Virus record (IMG/VR): IMGVR_UViG_3300037195_001698
Location: 1 to 45,280 of that record
Length of the DNA stretch: 45,280 nt
Direction: 5' to 3' (one strand)
Origin: a virus
Lineage: Duplodnaviria; Caudoviricetes
A program made the position numbers and the translations under genes. The notes under the pieces are model-generated. The model did not search any database. It was not told where the DNA came from and saw only the letters and a program-made list of their open reading frames with translations. Shown one piece after another: positions 7,591 to 15,163 of the stretch. Position 1 is the first letter of the stretch. Every line of letters begins with the position of its first letter.

Positions 7591-8558
7591 GTACTGCAAT
7601 ATCATTTCTTAAAGATATAACGCCAGAAGTTGTCTTCACTGAGGATGGCGCAGATCGCATCATTGCAGAGGTACGAAGGCAGGCCTTGGCGTTTGCGCCG
7701 GATGTATCAACTGAAGCCGGAAGAAAAGAGATCGCCTCAATGGCTTATGGTGTAGCTCGGTCAAAGACTGTTGTGGATGAAGTTGGAAAACAAGTTGTAG
7801 TCGAGTGGAAAAGAAAGGCGAGCAAAATCGATGCGATACGCAAAAGAATTCGTGATGAACTAGATTGCCTCAAACTTGAAGTGCGCAGGCCTTTAACGGA
7901 TTGGGAGAACGCAGAGAAGGATCGGGTTAACAAACTCGAAAAATTGCTGTCTGAGATAGAGGTCCAGGGAATCGACCTCGAAGGCCTTGGGTCGGATCAG
8001 CTGGTTGTGCGCCTTGCTGCTCTTGAAAACCTGGTCGTGGATGAAGCATTTCAGGAATACCAAGAGCAGGCCCAGTTGGCTCGCTACAAATCAATGGAGT
8101 TAGTTCGGAGAGCATACGACAAAGCTGTTGTCGATGAAAAGGTTGAGGCCGAACGAATCAAATCTGAAAGAAAGCGGGCCGAGCAAGAGCAAAAAGATCG
8201 AGAAGAGGCTATCCGCAAAGAGGCTGAAGCAAAGGCAAAAGCTGAGGCTGAGCAAAAAGCAGAGCAAGAAAGAAAACAACAGCAAGAGGAGTTACAGCGT
8301 GCAAAAGAAGCTGAAGCAAAAGCAAAAGCGGATGCAGAAAAAGCAAGACAGGATGAGCGCGATCGCATCGAAGCCGAAGCGAAGGCCCGAAAGGCATTAC
8401 AAGATAAAAGAGAAGCGGACGATGAATACCGAAGAGTTGTTATTTCTGCTGCCTCTGCTTCGCTATGCGAAAAGATTTCGCTGAACCAAGATGTTGCTAT
8501 GGCGATTGTTAAGGCGATCGCGGACGGCGAAATCAAACACTTAAAGGTTGAGTTCTAA
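7587..8558 (+). CDS. Coiled-coil phage protein of recombination modules (DUF1351/TolA-annotated type)
   Basis: PDVSTEAGRKEIASMAYGVARSKT and VRRPLTDWE; long E/K/A coiled coil; C-terminal IADGEIKHLKVEF. Confidence 0.65.
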   Translation: MSTAISFLKDITPEVVFTEDGADRIIAEVRRQALAFAPDVSTEAGRKEIASMAYGVARSKTVVDEVGKQVVVEWKRKASKIDAIRKRIRDELDCLKLEVRRPLTDWENAEKDRVNKLEKLLSEIEVQGIDLEGLGSDQLVVRLAALENLVVDEAFQEYQEQAQLARYKSMELVRRAYDKAVVDEKVEAERIKSERKRAEQEQKDREEAIRKEAEAKAKAEAEQKAEQERKQQQEELQRAKEAEAKAKADAEKARQDERDRIEAEAKARKALQDKREADDEYRRVVISAASASLCEKISLNQDVAMAIVKAIADGEIKHLKVEF

Positions 8559-8565
8559 GGGGGAT

Positions 8566-8982
8566 ATGGTGGGTACATTAAACAAAGCAATGATCATTGG
8601 GTATCTTGGCGGCGACCCAGAGCTCAAGCGTCTTGATAGTGGAAAAGTTGTGGCCACTTTCAGTCTCGCTACAAGTTCTAATTGGGTCGATGACAATGGT
8701 GAAATCCACGAAAACACTGAGTGGCATCGGGTTGTTGTCTGGGGCAAGAAAGCTGAGAACTGTGGGAAGTACTTGGCTAAAGGTCGTCGAGTGTATGTCG
8801 AGGGCCGACTACAGACCCGAACATGGGAAGACCAACAGGGAATCAAACGATACACAACTGAGATCACGGCAAGCGTTGTCACATTTTTGTCACCGAATAC
8901 GACGACAGATTATGGTCATGAGTCGCCTGGCTACGACGATGAGGCTGAGCACTTTTCATCAAACAGTAAGATTCCGTTTTAG
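8566..8982 (+). CDS. ssb: Single-stranded DNA-binding protein
   Basis: LNKAMIIGYLGGDPE, TEWHRVV, YVEGRLQTR and C-terminal IPF. Confidence 0.95.
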   Translation: MVGTLNKAMIIGYLGGDPELKRLDSGKVVATFSLATSSNWVDDNGEIHENTEWHRVVVWGKKAENCGKYLAKGRRVYVEGRLQTRTWEDQQGIKRYTTEITASVVTFLSPNTTTDYGHESPGYDDEAEHFSSNSKIPF

Positions 8983-8990
8983 GAGATGCA

Positions 8991-9206
8991 ATGAAGCTAG
9001 TAGTTGTACTAACAAACAGAGAGACAGGCGAGATCTTTGACGTGGTTGATAAGACAAGGTTGGTTCCTGCCATTAGAGAGTGTAACAAAATCCATGCAAC
9101 AATGGGCAAGCACTGTAGGGTTAGAGTCTTGAGTCTAGACTCAGAAACCGAACAACCAAAAGTTGAGTATGATCCCGAAGAGAACATGTTGCAGGTGGCC
9201 CAATGA
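8991..9206 (+). CDS. Hypothetical protein
   Basis: AGGAG Shine-Dalgarno; packed in the operon. Confidence 0.6.
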   Translation: MKLVVVLTNRETGEIFDVVDKTRLVPAIRECNKIHATMGKHCRVRVLSLDSETEQPKVEYDPEENMLQVAQ

Positions 9207-9616
9207 GTGCTCGCAAGGTTAATTGGATTCAACGCCCCGAGGCTTCGATGAAGTCTTTCGATGATGATCTAAAAGTTTTCGTTGAGAGCTCAGACTTTAA
9301 TGCCGAGCTATTCGAGATCTTGAATACCTACGTTGCAGGATATTCCGATGGTGTGGATGTCGTTGTTGATAAAATGATATTGGAGATAAAGCCAAGGTCA
9401 GCTGTTGCTTTAAGCATTAGGCTTGAGGATGGGCAAAGCTTGTCTGTTATCGCCGAGAATAAAACCTATGAAGTCGATGTCTCGGACTGGTTCTCTAATC
9501 CCGATAGCGAACAAAAGAAGCGGTTCAAAGAAGATATCGAGCTCGAAATTGCAGAGCGGATGGCCGAGCGAATTCAAGCTGGTTTTTACGATCAAGAGGA
9601 GTGGCCATGTTTGTAG
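9203..9616 (+). CDS. Hypothetical protein
   Basis: ATGA overlap with the previous gene; acidic 137 aa. Confidence 0.6.
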   Translation: MSARKVNWIQRPEASMKSFDDDLKVFVESSDFNAELFEILNTYVAGYSDGVDVVVDKMILEIKPRSAVALSIRLEDGQSLSVIAENKTYEVDVSDWFSNPDSEQKKRFKEDIELEIAERMAERIQAGFYDQEEWPCL

Positions 9617-9858
9617 CATCATTAATGCGTGAGAAACGAAAAGCGCTTGGGCTTACTCAGAAAAAGCTGGCAGTAAATATCGGCGCATTCTCGGATCAGT
9701 TTGTGTCGAACCTTGAGCGTGGAGCTGATCCCTTTCCGCCCAAATATTTGAGGTCGGTAGGCGATGCTCTCAAGATTGATAAGTCCGAAATGCTTGAGGC
9801 TTACCTAAGCGATGAGCGCGAAAAGTTTGATCGAGCATGGGGCGAACCTGAATTTTAG
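9607..9858 (+). CDS. XRE-family HTH protein
   Basis: MREKRKALGLTQKKLA...QFVSNLERG. Confidence 0.85.
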   Translation: MFVASLMREKRKALGLTQKKLAVNIGAFSDQFVSNLERGADPFPPKYLRSVGDALKIDKSEMLEAYLSDEREKFDRAWGEPEF

Positions 9859-9906
9859 AAACCATCCCAAACGGGATTATTGAAATAGGAAAAAGGTGGG
9901 GGAAAG

Positions 9907-10239
9907 ATGGAAACAGAAGTCACAAGATTATTTGAAGAGAGCGTTGATCGTTTATCTAAAGACGAATTCACGTTTGTTCAGTATGAGATGGGTCGAGCTA
10001 TCGCAAAAGTTTTAAAGCAGCACGATATCGATCCAATGTCTTTCGATGGTGCTGAGTTTGAATTTTCGTATCGTCGAGAATACCTGGGCACGAAGCTGAT
10101 GGACAGTGCATTTCTCGACGTTCGAGATGGTTCAGATACTGAGGATCGGTTGAGAAAGGTTCGCAAGTATCGTTTTCAAGCTCGCTTTGAGCAGGCCATC
10201 ATCAGCAAAGATCGAAAAAGAATTCCGAATTTTATTTGA
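9907..10239 (+). CDS. Hypothetical protein
   Basis: GGGGG Shine-Dalgarno; 110 aa in operon orientation. Confidence 0.6.
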   Translation: METEVTRLFEESVDRLSKDEFTFVQYEMGRAIAKVLKQHDIDPMSFDGAEFEFSYRREYLGTKLMDSAFLDVRDGSDTEDRLRKVRKYRFQARFEQAIISKDRKRIPNFI

Positions 10240-10245
10240 ATTGGT

Positions 10246-10311
10246 TTCCGGTGCGCTTCTGTTCTGAAAGGCAGATTCCCTTCGGCCTGATTTCTCAGGA
10301 GTGCATCGGGA
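10246..10311 (+). ncRNA. Candidate structured RNA element (16-bp stem with G-U pairs)
   Basis: TTCCGGTGCGCTTCTG (10246-10261) pairs fully with CAGGAGTGCATCGGGA (10296-10311) using four G-U wobbles. Confidence 0.45.
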
Positions 10312-10337
10312 TTTTAACTCTCTCCCAGAGTCGGTTT

Positions 10338-10363
10338 GCCCCGTCCGAAAAACGGGGTTTTTT
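10338..10363 (+). terminator. Intrinsic terminator upstream of xis/int
   Basis: GCCCCGT-CCGAAAA-ACGGGGT followed by TTTTT. Confidence 0.8.
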
Positions 10364-10425
10364 AAGTGGGGACAAGCATGAACAAACTGAGTTCCAGAAG
10401 ACCTAAGAAGATCAGAGGTTGAGCG

Positions 10426-10752
10426 ATGGGCGCTAGGCTAACGGTTTACATAGATGGTATCGGTGAGCTTCCCAGGTTCATGACGCCGGACGAGCTAGCT
10501 ACATTACTTGTTGATGAGGATAAAGTCTCAGCGATGCGGCACAAGCTTTATAGGCAGATTCGTGATCAAAAAATAAGCATAGCGCCACATGATAAACCAT
10601 ACTTAATTGACGTGAAGTCGTATTTTGAGCAAAAAAAAGAGCAGACACCTTGCCGGGTTGACCGCTCTTTGAAAAGTAAATCACTTGCAAGATCATCTTC
10701 GTCACGACGACTCCGAAAATCGAAAGGAGACATGTCGTGTCTAATAAAATGA
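10426..10752 (+). CDS. Excisionase-like DNA-binding protein
   Basis: FMTPDELATLL...LYRQIRDQKI...YLID, a winged-HTH/HTH_17-like pattern; directly upstream of and overlapping the integrase. Confidence 0.55.
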   Translation: MGARLTVYIDGIGELPRFMTPDELATLLVDEDKVSAMRHKLYRQIRDQKISIAPHDKPYLIDVKSYFEQKKEQTPCRVDRSLKSKSLARSSSSRRLRKSKGDMSCLIK

Positions 10753-11792
10753 TCCAAAAAGATCCGACGATACGGAAAGACAAATCCCGTGATCGTTGGC
10801 TCTTAAACTACTATGAAAACGGTCAAAGAAGAAAGCGTTATTTCAAGACCAAAGAGCTCGCTGAGCGAGAGAGAAAAACGGTCTTGGCTCAGCGTAACGC
10901 TGTCCACTTTGATTGCGCAACGATCGTTGACGCTATCAACGAGTACCGAAAACTTGTCAGCGTAAAAAAGGCGGCGGGGAAACTCGAGCGAAAATACTTC
11001 ATTGATTTGGCCCAGTTTCTTCATGACGAGTGCGGGCGAGAGTTGATGGATGAGATCAAGCCAACCGACCTAATTGGTTATCGGAACTATCGGCTTGAGA
11101 CTGTTGGCGCATCTATGGTCAATCGAGAGTTCAGCACGTTTAAGCATTTTTTTAAAAAAGCCAAAGCGTGGGGGCTTTCTTCGGTGAACCCCGCAGAGTC
11201 TATCGAGCGTATGCCTGAGTCTGAGAACCCACATCAGGGCTGGACGTACAGGGAGCTTGAAATAATTGTGGCAGCTGTTAGTCCGCAAATGGGGCGGCTA
11301 ATCCGCTTTATTGCAGCGACCGGTTGCCGACCTTCAGAAGCCAAGAAGATTAAGTGGAAGGATGTTGACCTCACTAAAATGACCGTCACCTTCAGATCTC
11401 TGAAGGGTGGAAAGGGTGAGCTGGTCGACACAATACCACTGGTTGACGAAGGGGCTGATCCGATCATCGAGATCGCAGAACTTGAGCGCACTCGCTTTAA
11501 GCGAAAGCCAGATGATTATGTGTTCTTAAATGAAGAGGGATATCCCTTTTCAAGGTGCGCGTTATCAAAGGCGGTGCAGAGAGCGTGTGACAGGCAGAAG
11601 CTTAGAGCTTTAGTTCCTTACGGTCTTCGTCACATGGTTGGTGAGATCTATGGCGCTGAGAATATCGAACTAGCTCGACGGGTACTTCGGCACAGAAGCA
11701 TCCGAACGACTCAGCGGTATACCAATTTAAAGTTAGAAACGCTTCGAGAGAAGATGACCAATGTAACACAGCAACGGGAGGGACTGGGATAA
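10737..11792 (+). CDS. int: Tyrosine integrase
   Basis: TGCRPSEA (R), YGLRH (xxxR), LRH and TTQRY (catalytic Y); N-terminal arm-binding beta domain; AAGGAG Shine-Dalgarno before GTG. Confidence 0.93.
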   Translation: MSNKMIQKDPTIRKDKSRDRWLLNYYENGQRRKRYFKTKELAERERKTVLAQRNAVHFDCATIVDAINEYRKLVSVKKAAGKLERKYFIDLAQFLHDECGRELMDEIKPTDLIGYRNYRLETVGASMVNREFSTFKHFFKKAKAWGLSSVNPAESIERMPESENPHQGWTYRELEIIVAAVSPQMGRLIRFIAATGCRPSEAKKIKWKDVDLTKMTVTFRSLKGGKGELVDTIPLVDEGADPIIEIAELERTRFKRKPDDYVFLNEEGYPFSRCALSKAVQRACDRQKLRALVPYGLRHMVGEIYGAENIELARRVLRHRSIRTTQRYTNLKLETLREKMTNVTQQREGLG

Positions 11793-11811
11793 CCGGGCCC
11801 TAACCGGGCCC
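11780..11811 (+). repeat. attP left arm-type sites
   Basis: GGGACTGGGATA (11780-11791) overlapping tandem TAACCGGGCCC x2 (11790-11811). Confidence 0.75.
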
Positions 11812-11881
11812 ACCGAAAAACAGTGCTCAACCTTTTGGGCCCTGTGACTTCGGTAAGATTGGAAAATTACTAGGGAAAATT

Positions 11882-11930
11882 TGGAGCGGCAGACCGGGCT
11901 CGAACCGGCGACCTCAACCTTGGCAAGGTT
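11882..11930 (-). other. attP core: 3' 49 nt of tRNA-Gly(GCC), from the anticodon arm to CCA; not a complete tRNA
   Basis: Minus strand reads AACCTTGCCAAGGTTGAGGTCGCCGGTTCGAGCCCGGTCTGCCGCTCCA; D-arm and 5' acceptor strand absent; 90 bp after int. Confidence 0.92.
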
Positions 11931-11962
11931 AAACTAGGTCGTTTGTGGCGTAGTTGATTTTG

Positions 11963-11975
11963 TAAGTCATTGAAA
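11963..11975 (-). promoter_or_regulatory. IHF-like binding site in attP
   Basis: Minus strand TTTCAATGACTTA, one mismatch to WATCAANNNNTTR. Confidence 0.45.
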
Positions 11976-12027
11976 TCACATAACCCTCTATTCGCATAAT
12001 TTGCATTATTTCCTGGTGTTCCGAGAC

Positions 12028-12059
12028 ACCGGGCCCTAACCGGGCCCTATCCCAGTCCC
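12028..12059 (+). repeat. attP right arm-type sites
   Basis: ACCGGGCCCTAACCGGGCCC is a direct copy of the left arm; TATCCCAGTCCC (12048-12059) is an inverted copy of 11780-11791. Confidence 0.75.
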
Positions 12060-12076
12060 CCTTAGATGGGGGAAAA

Positions 12077-12964
12077 GTGGCAAGAATAAATTTAGACGAC
12101 GAGTTCTTTGAGGACCCTCGGTTGGATATTTTGGTTGGCCTTGTCGGCCAGCCGATGGCAATTGGGTTAGTCGTTAAGCTTTGGCGTTTAGGGATGCCAT
12201 ATTGGAAACGTGACCGATCATTGATTCCAAAGAAGCTCTTCAGGCTAGTCGAGCACGCGGACAAGCTGTTGGCGTCCGGTTGGGCTGAGGAACATGAAAA
12301 CGGGATCTATTGTGTTGGCGCACGCGAGCGTTGGGACTTTCTGTTGGTTCGTTCGAACAATGGAAAGAAGCGAGCTGAAAACGGTGCGCGTGATGGTGGG
12401 GGGCGTTTTGCTCCAGCAAATGACCAGCAAGGCACCAGCAAGCAACCAACAAACACCCAGCAAGAAGGCTGTGACGGTCCAGCAAAAACCAGCGGGATCC
12501 AGCCCTCTTCCTCTTCCTCTCCCTCTTCCTCTCCCTCTTCCTCTCCCTCTTCCTCTGGATCTTCTTCTTCCAAGATCCCCCCAAAGCCCCCCGAGGGGTA
12601 TTCGGAGCACTTCGAAAAGTTCTGGCTGGCTTACCCGCCTGAGGGGCGCTTGAACAAGGCGCAAGTCTGGAAGAGGTACCAGGCTCAGGTCACGTCAGAA
12701 AAACTGCGTGATGACCTGGATACGGCCCTTAAAAACTACATCGAGCATCTGCGTGTGACAGGCTATTCGTGCAAGCACGCTTCAAGCTTTCTTGGAACGA
12801 CGGGGAAGCGGTCTCAGGGCAACCCTTGGATCGACTTCGTGGCAAGCGCCAACCTTCCAAAGCAAAAGACTGGCCCACCTTCGTTCGCCCAACAGCGATC
12901 TAACAGCAACCTTAACTTACTAAACAAACTTCGCGAGACGAGGCGGGCAAATGAATCCAGATGA
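12077..12964 (+). CDS. Replication initiator (lambda O-like)
   Basis: N-terminal domain, internal iterons, low-complexity Ser linker and C-terminal FEKFWLAYP..K...KHASSFL domain. Confidence 0.8.
   Translation: MARINLDDEFFEDPRLDILVGLVGQPMAIGLVVKLWRLGMPYWKRDRSLIPKKLFRLVEHADKLLASGWAEEHENGIYCVGARERWDFLLVRSNNGKKRAENGARDGGGRFAPANDQQGTSKQPTNTQQEGCDGPAKTSGIQPSSSSSPSSSPSSSPSSSGSSSSKIPPKPPEGYSEHFEKFWLAYPPEGRLNKAQVWKRYQAQVTSEKLRDDLDTALKNYIEHLRVTGYSCKHASSFLGTTGKRSQGNPWIDFVASANLPKQKTGPPSFAQQRSNSNLNLLNKLRETRRANESR
12413..12485 (+). repeat. Iterons / putative replication origin inside the initiator gene
   Basis: CCA(G/A)CAA at 12413, 12424, 12435, 12446, 12457 and 12479, in exact 11-bp phase. Confidence 0.75.
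12503..12556 (+). repeat. Pyrimidine-only tandem repeat (CCCTCTTCCTCT)n encoding a PSSS linker
   Basis: 54 nt of only C and T; three exact 12-bp units at 12521-12556. Confidence 0.9.
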
Positions 12965-13553
12965 GCAAACAATTTTGAACAGTCTCAAACCGTTTGAAAG
13001 CATAGCGGAGGTCATTGTCGCTGTGGCCGAGCTGTTCCAATTCGAAATGACGGAAACAAGCTGTGCGATGTATGTCGCAGTGATTGGAAGAGTTCCACTA
13101 GATGAATTTAAACTTGGTGTCATTCGAGCTTGCCGAGCAAAAGGGGTCACTAGATTTCCGGCGCCTAGCGTGATCTTAGATCAGATCAGGCCCCAACAAA
13201 CTCGCGACGACGAGGCCAAGGACGCAGCATCCAGAATCTTTGCAGCGATTAGGAAGTTTGGATGGTCAAACCGCGAGAGTGCACGGGCGTTTATCGGCGA
13301 GCTCGGCTGGGAAGTTGTCGAAAGGCAAGGTGGCTGGGGGCATGTGTGCGAAACAATGCGAGACCGGGACATCCCGATCTATCAAGCTCAGTTCCGAGAG
13401 CTCGCAAAGACAGTGCAGGTCAGAGCTTTAAACAACAACTTGGATCAAGCGCCGCAGCTGCCGAAGCCGACAGCGCAAAGGCCGATGCTTGCGGCTGTCG
13501 TGAGCGAGCTTGCGGATGCGAAACAACTTAAAAAAGGATCCGGGGGTGCTTAA
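12951..13553 (+). CDS. Replication accessory protein (helicase loader/inhibitor-like, DUF6475-type)
   Basis: Follows the initiator; FPAPSVI, AIRKFGW and VERQGGWGHVC. Confidence 0.6.
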   Translation: MNPDEQTILNSLKPFESIAEVIVAVAELFQFEMTETSCAMYVAVIGRVPLDEFKLGVIRACRAKGVTRFPAPSVILDQIRPQQTRDDEAKDAASRIFAAIRKFGWSNRESARAFIGELGWEVVERQGGWGHVCETMRDRDIPIYQAQFRELAKTVQVRALNNNLDQAPQLPKPTAQRPMLAAVVSELADAKQLKKGSGGA

Positions 13554-14349
13554 TGGCTTGGATCTGTTTACAGGAATTGGTGGCATCACGATCGCGCTTG
13601 AAGGTTACGTTGAGCCAATTGCCTATTGCGAGCGCGACCTGTACTGCATCGGACTTCTTTTGGAGCGAATGCGAGATGAAAGAATCCCACAGGCCCCGAT
13701 ATGCACAGATGTTCGATCGCTTCGGGGTTCTGATTTTCGAGACGTTGACATTATTTACGGCGGATTCCCATGCCAGGACATCAGCAGTGCAGGCAATGGA
13801 ATCGGCCTGGGCGGAAAGCGAAGCGGATTATATTGGGAAATACATCGACTCGCTAAAGAAACGAAAGCCCCGTTTATTTTCTTGGAAAACGTGCCTGCAA
13901 TACGGACCAGAGGCCTTATCGAAGTGGTCCGATCACTTACCGATCTCGGCTATGACTGTCGCTGGACTTCTAACACAGCCGCCTCAGTTGGCGCGCCACA
14001 TAAAAGGGAAAGGTGGTTTCTGCTTGCCCACGCCAACAGCGACGGACCACAGGCGGGACTACCAACTCCAGCCCCGTACGAAAACAAAAGTCTACAGCCT
14101 ATCCGGCCTATTCGAACATCGACTTTTACCAACGCCGATGGCGAGAGATTGGCGGGGTTCAACAGGGAAAAACCGGCATACACAGAACCTTCCAAATCTA
14201 TATCAAAAAAATGGGAAACAACTAAACCCAGCCTTTGTCGAGGCCATCATGGGCTACGACATCGGGTGGACAGACTTAAAGGCCTTGGAAACGCGGTTGT
14301 CCCGCAGCAAGCCCGGGCCGCGTTTGAGCAATTGATGGGGATAAAATGA
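13546..14349 (+). CDS. C5 cytosine DNA methyltransferase, alpha polypeptide (motifs I-VIII and X)
   Basis: LDLFTGIGG, GGFPCQDIS, FLENV, HKRERWF and RLKGLGNAVVP; GTG start 13546 (ORF open from 13510). Confidence 0.92.
   Translation: MLNGLDLFTGIGGITIALEGYVEPIAYCERDLYCIGLLLERMRDERIPQAPICTDVRSLRGSDFRDVDIIYGGFPCQDISSAGNGIGLGGKRSGLYWEIHRLAKETKAPFIFLENVPAIRTRGLIEVVRSLTDLGYDCRWTSNTAASVGAPHKRERWFLLAHANSDGPQAGLPTPAPYENKSLQPIRPIRTSTFTNADGERLAGFNREKPAYTEPSKSISKKWETTKPSLCRGHHGLRHRVDRLKGLGNAVVPQQARAAFEQLMGIK
13553..14335 (+). CDS. Overlapping +1-frame polypeptide carrying C5-MTase motif IX (beta-subunit-like)
   Basis: 260 open codons; two LPTPxAxD repeats; QLNPAFVEAIMGYDIGWT; ATG overlaps the upstream stop (TAATG). 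Confidence 0.7.
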   Translation: MAWICLQELVASRSRLKVTLSQLPIASATCTASDFFWSECEMKESHRPRYAQMFDRFGVLIFETLTLFTADSHARTSAVQAMESAWAESEADYIGKYIDSLKKRKPRLFSWKTCLQYGPEALSKWSDHLPISAMTVAGLLTQPPQLARHIKGKGGFCLPTPTATDHRRDYQLQPRTKTKVYSLSGLFEHRLLPTPMARDWRGSTGKNRHTQNLPNLYQKNGKQLNPAFVEAIMGYDIGWTDLKALETRLSRSKPGPRLSN

Positions 14350-14603
14350 AAGATCAAACATACAAAGCCACAGCTGCCAGCGAAAAGCAGATCAGATCAC
14401 TTTTCTGCGAAAAAGATTTTGAGCCGAGTGGCGACCTAAGGTTCCACGCAAAATCAATCGAAATGGATCTGCATTCCGAAACGTGCAGCGAGCGAGCATA
14501 TCAGAAGTCCTGCGAGCGATATTTAAAACAACTTAAAAAAGAACTTAAAGACCATAAGAAAAAACGTGAGCGCGAAATTGAGCGCGCATTTGGAGGCATG
14601 TGA
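14346..14603 (+). CDS. Hypothetical protein
   Basis: ATGA coupling; GGGGA Shine-Dalgarno. Confidence 0.6.
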   Translation: MKDQTYKATAASEKQIRSLFCEKDFEPSGDLRFHAKSIEMDLHSETCSERAYQKSCERYLKQLKKELKDHKKKREREIERAFGGM

Positions 14604-14785
14604 TGAAAATTGTGTGGGCATTAATTTTGGCGGCGACATTTTGCGGATGTGTTGAAAAAGCGATTAGGCGACAACCCGAATGTTGGTTTGAAGACGGTGG
14701 GGATTTTAGGTCAAAGATCGATTACCTAAAGCCCGTCTACACACTTACCAATGACCGAGTGTGGGTCTGTCGGGGCAAATCATGA
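14600..14785 (+). CDS. Small putative lipoprotein
   Basis: MKIVWALILAATFCG-C lipobox-like; GGAGG Shine-Dalgarno. Confidence 0.55.
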   Translation: MMKIVWALILAATFCGCVEKAIRRQPECWFEDGGDFRSKIDYLKPVYTLTNDRVWVCRGKS

Positions 14786-14958
14786 TCTTGATTTTTTTAA
14801 TGGCTGGGATTGTGGCGATGTCTTTGCCGGACAAAATCGAATCTGAAAGAGCCTTAAAGCTAAAAGAAGACCGGGCGCGGGTTGCGAAATTTATTAAACG
14901 AGAGGTGAGCAGTGAGAAAAGAACTAAGCGAACAGCAGCTAAACGAACTTGCAAATAG
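14782..14958 (+). CDS. Small membrane protein
   Basis: Hydrophobic N-terminus MILIFLMAGIVAM; ATGA overlap. Confidence 0.45.
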   Translation: MILIFLMAGIVAMSLPDKIESERALKLKEDRARVAKFIKREVSSEKRTKRTAAKRTCK

Positions 14959-15163
14959 CGTGATTGTTTATGGTCAAGTTAAAGGTGAAATAAAGGCAGA
15001 GATCGAGCACTACGCTAAGACTCAATATCAGAAAGGTCTGTTGCATGGATCTCTTTGGGGGATTGGAGTCGGCCTGCTGATCTCGATGATTGCTGTGAGG
15101 CGAGTTCGGTGTGGATTTTCTAGATGGGTGGTGGCGCGTGGGGCGCTGGCGAACTCGGAATGA
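14912..15163 (+). CDS. Hypothetical membrane protein
   Basis: GAGGTG Shine-Dalgarno; transmembrane segment GSLWGIGVGLLISMIAV. Confidence 0.5.
   Translation: MRKELSEQQLNELANSVIVYGQVKGEIKAEIEHYAKTQYQKGLLHGSLWGIGVGLLISMIAVRRVRCGFSRWVVARGALANSE

Noticed and set aside
8084-8536. Antisense and alternative ORFs over the coiled-coil gene
   Set aside because: Shadows of low-complexity E/K/A codons
11882-11930. Functional phage tRNA-Gly gene
   Set aside because: Only the anticodon arm to CCA is present; no D-arm or 5' acceptor strand, so it is the attP core
11790-12048. CRISPR-like repeat array
   Set aside because: Only short tandem 11-mers on each side of attP, with no spacer periodicity and no cas operon
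12240-12664. Alternative-frame ORFs with RG, ERKR, PL or EEEG repeats
   Set aside because: By-products of the 12-bp pyrimidine repeat in the initiator gene; no independent coding evidence
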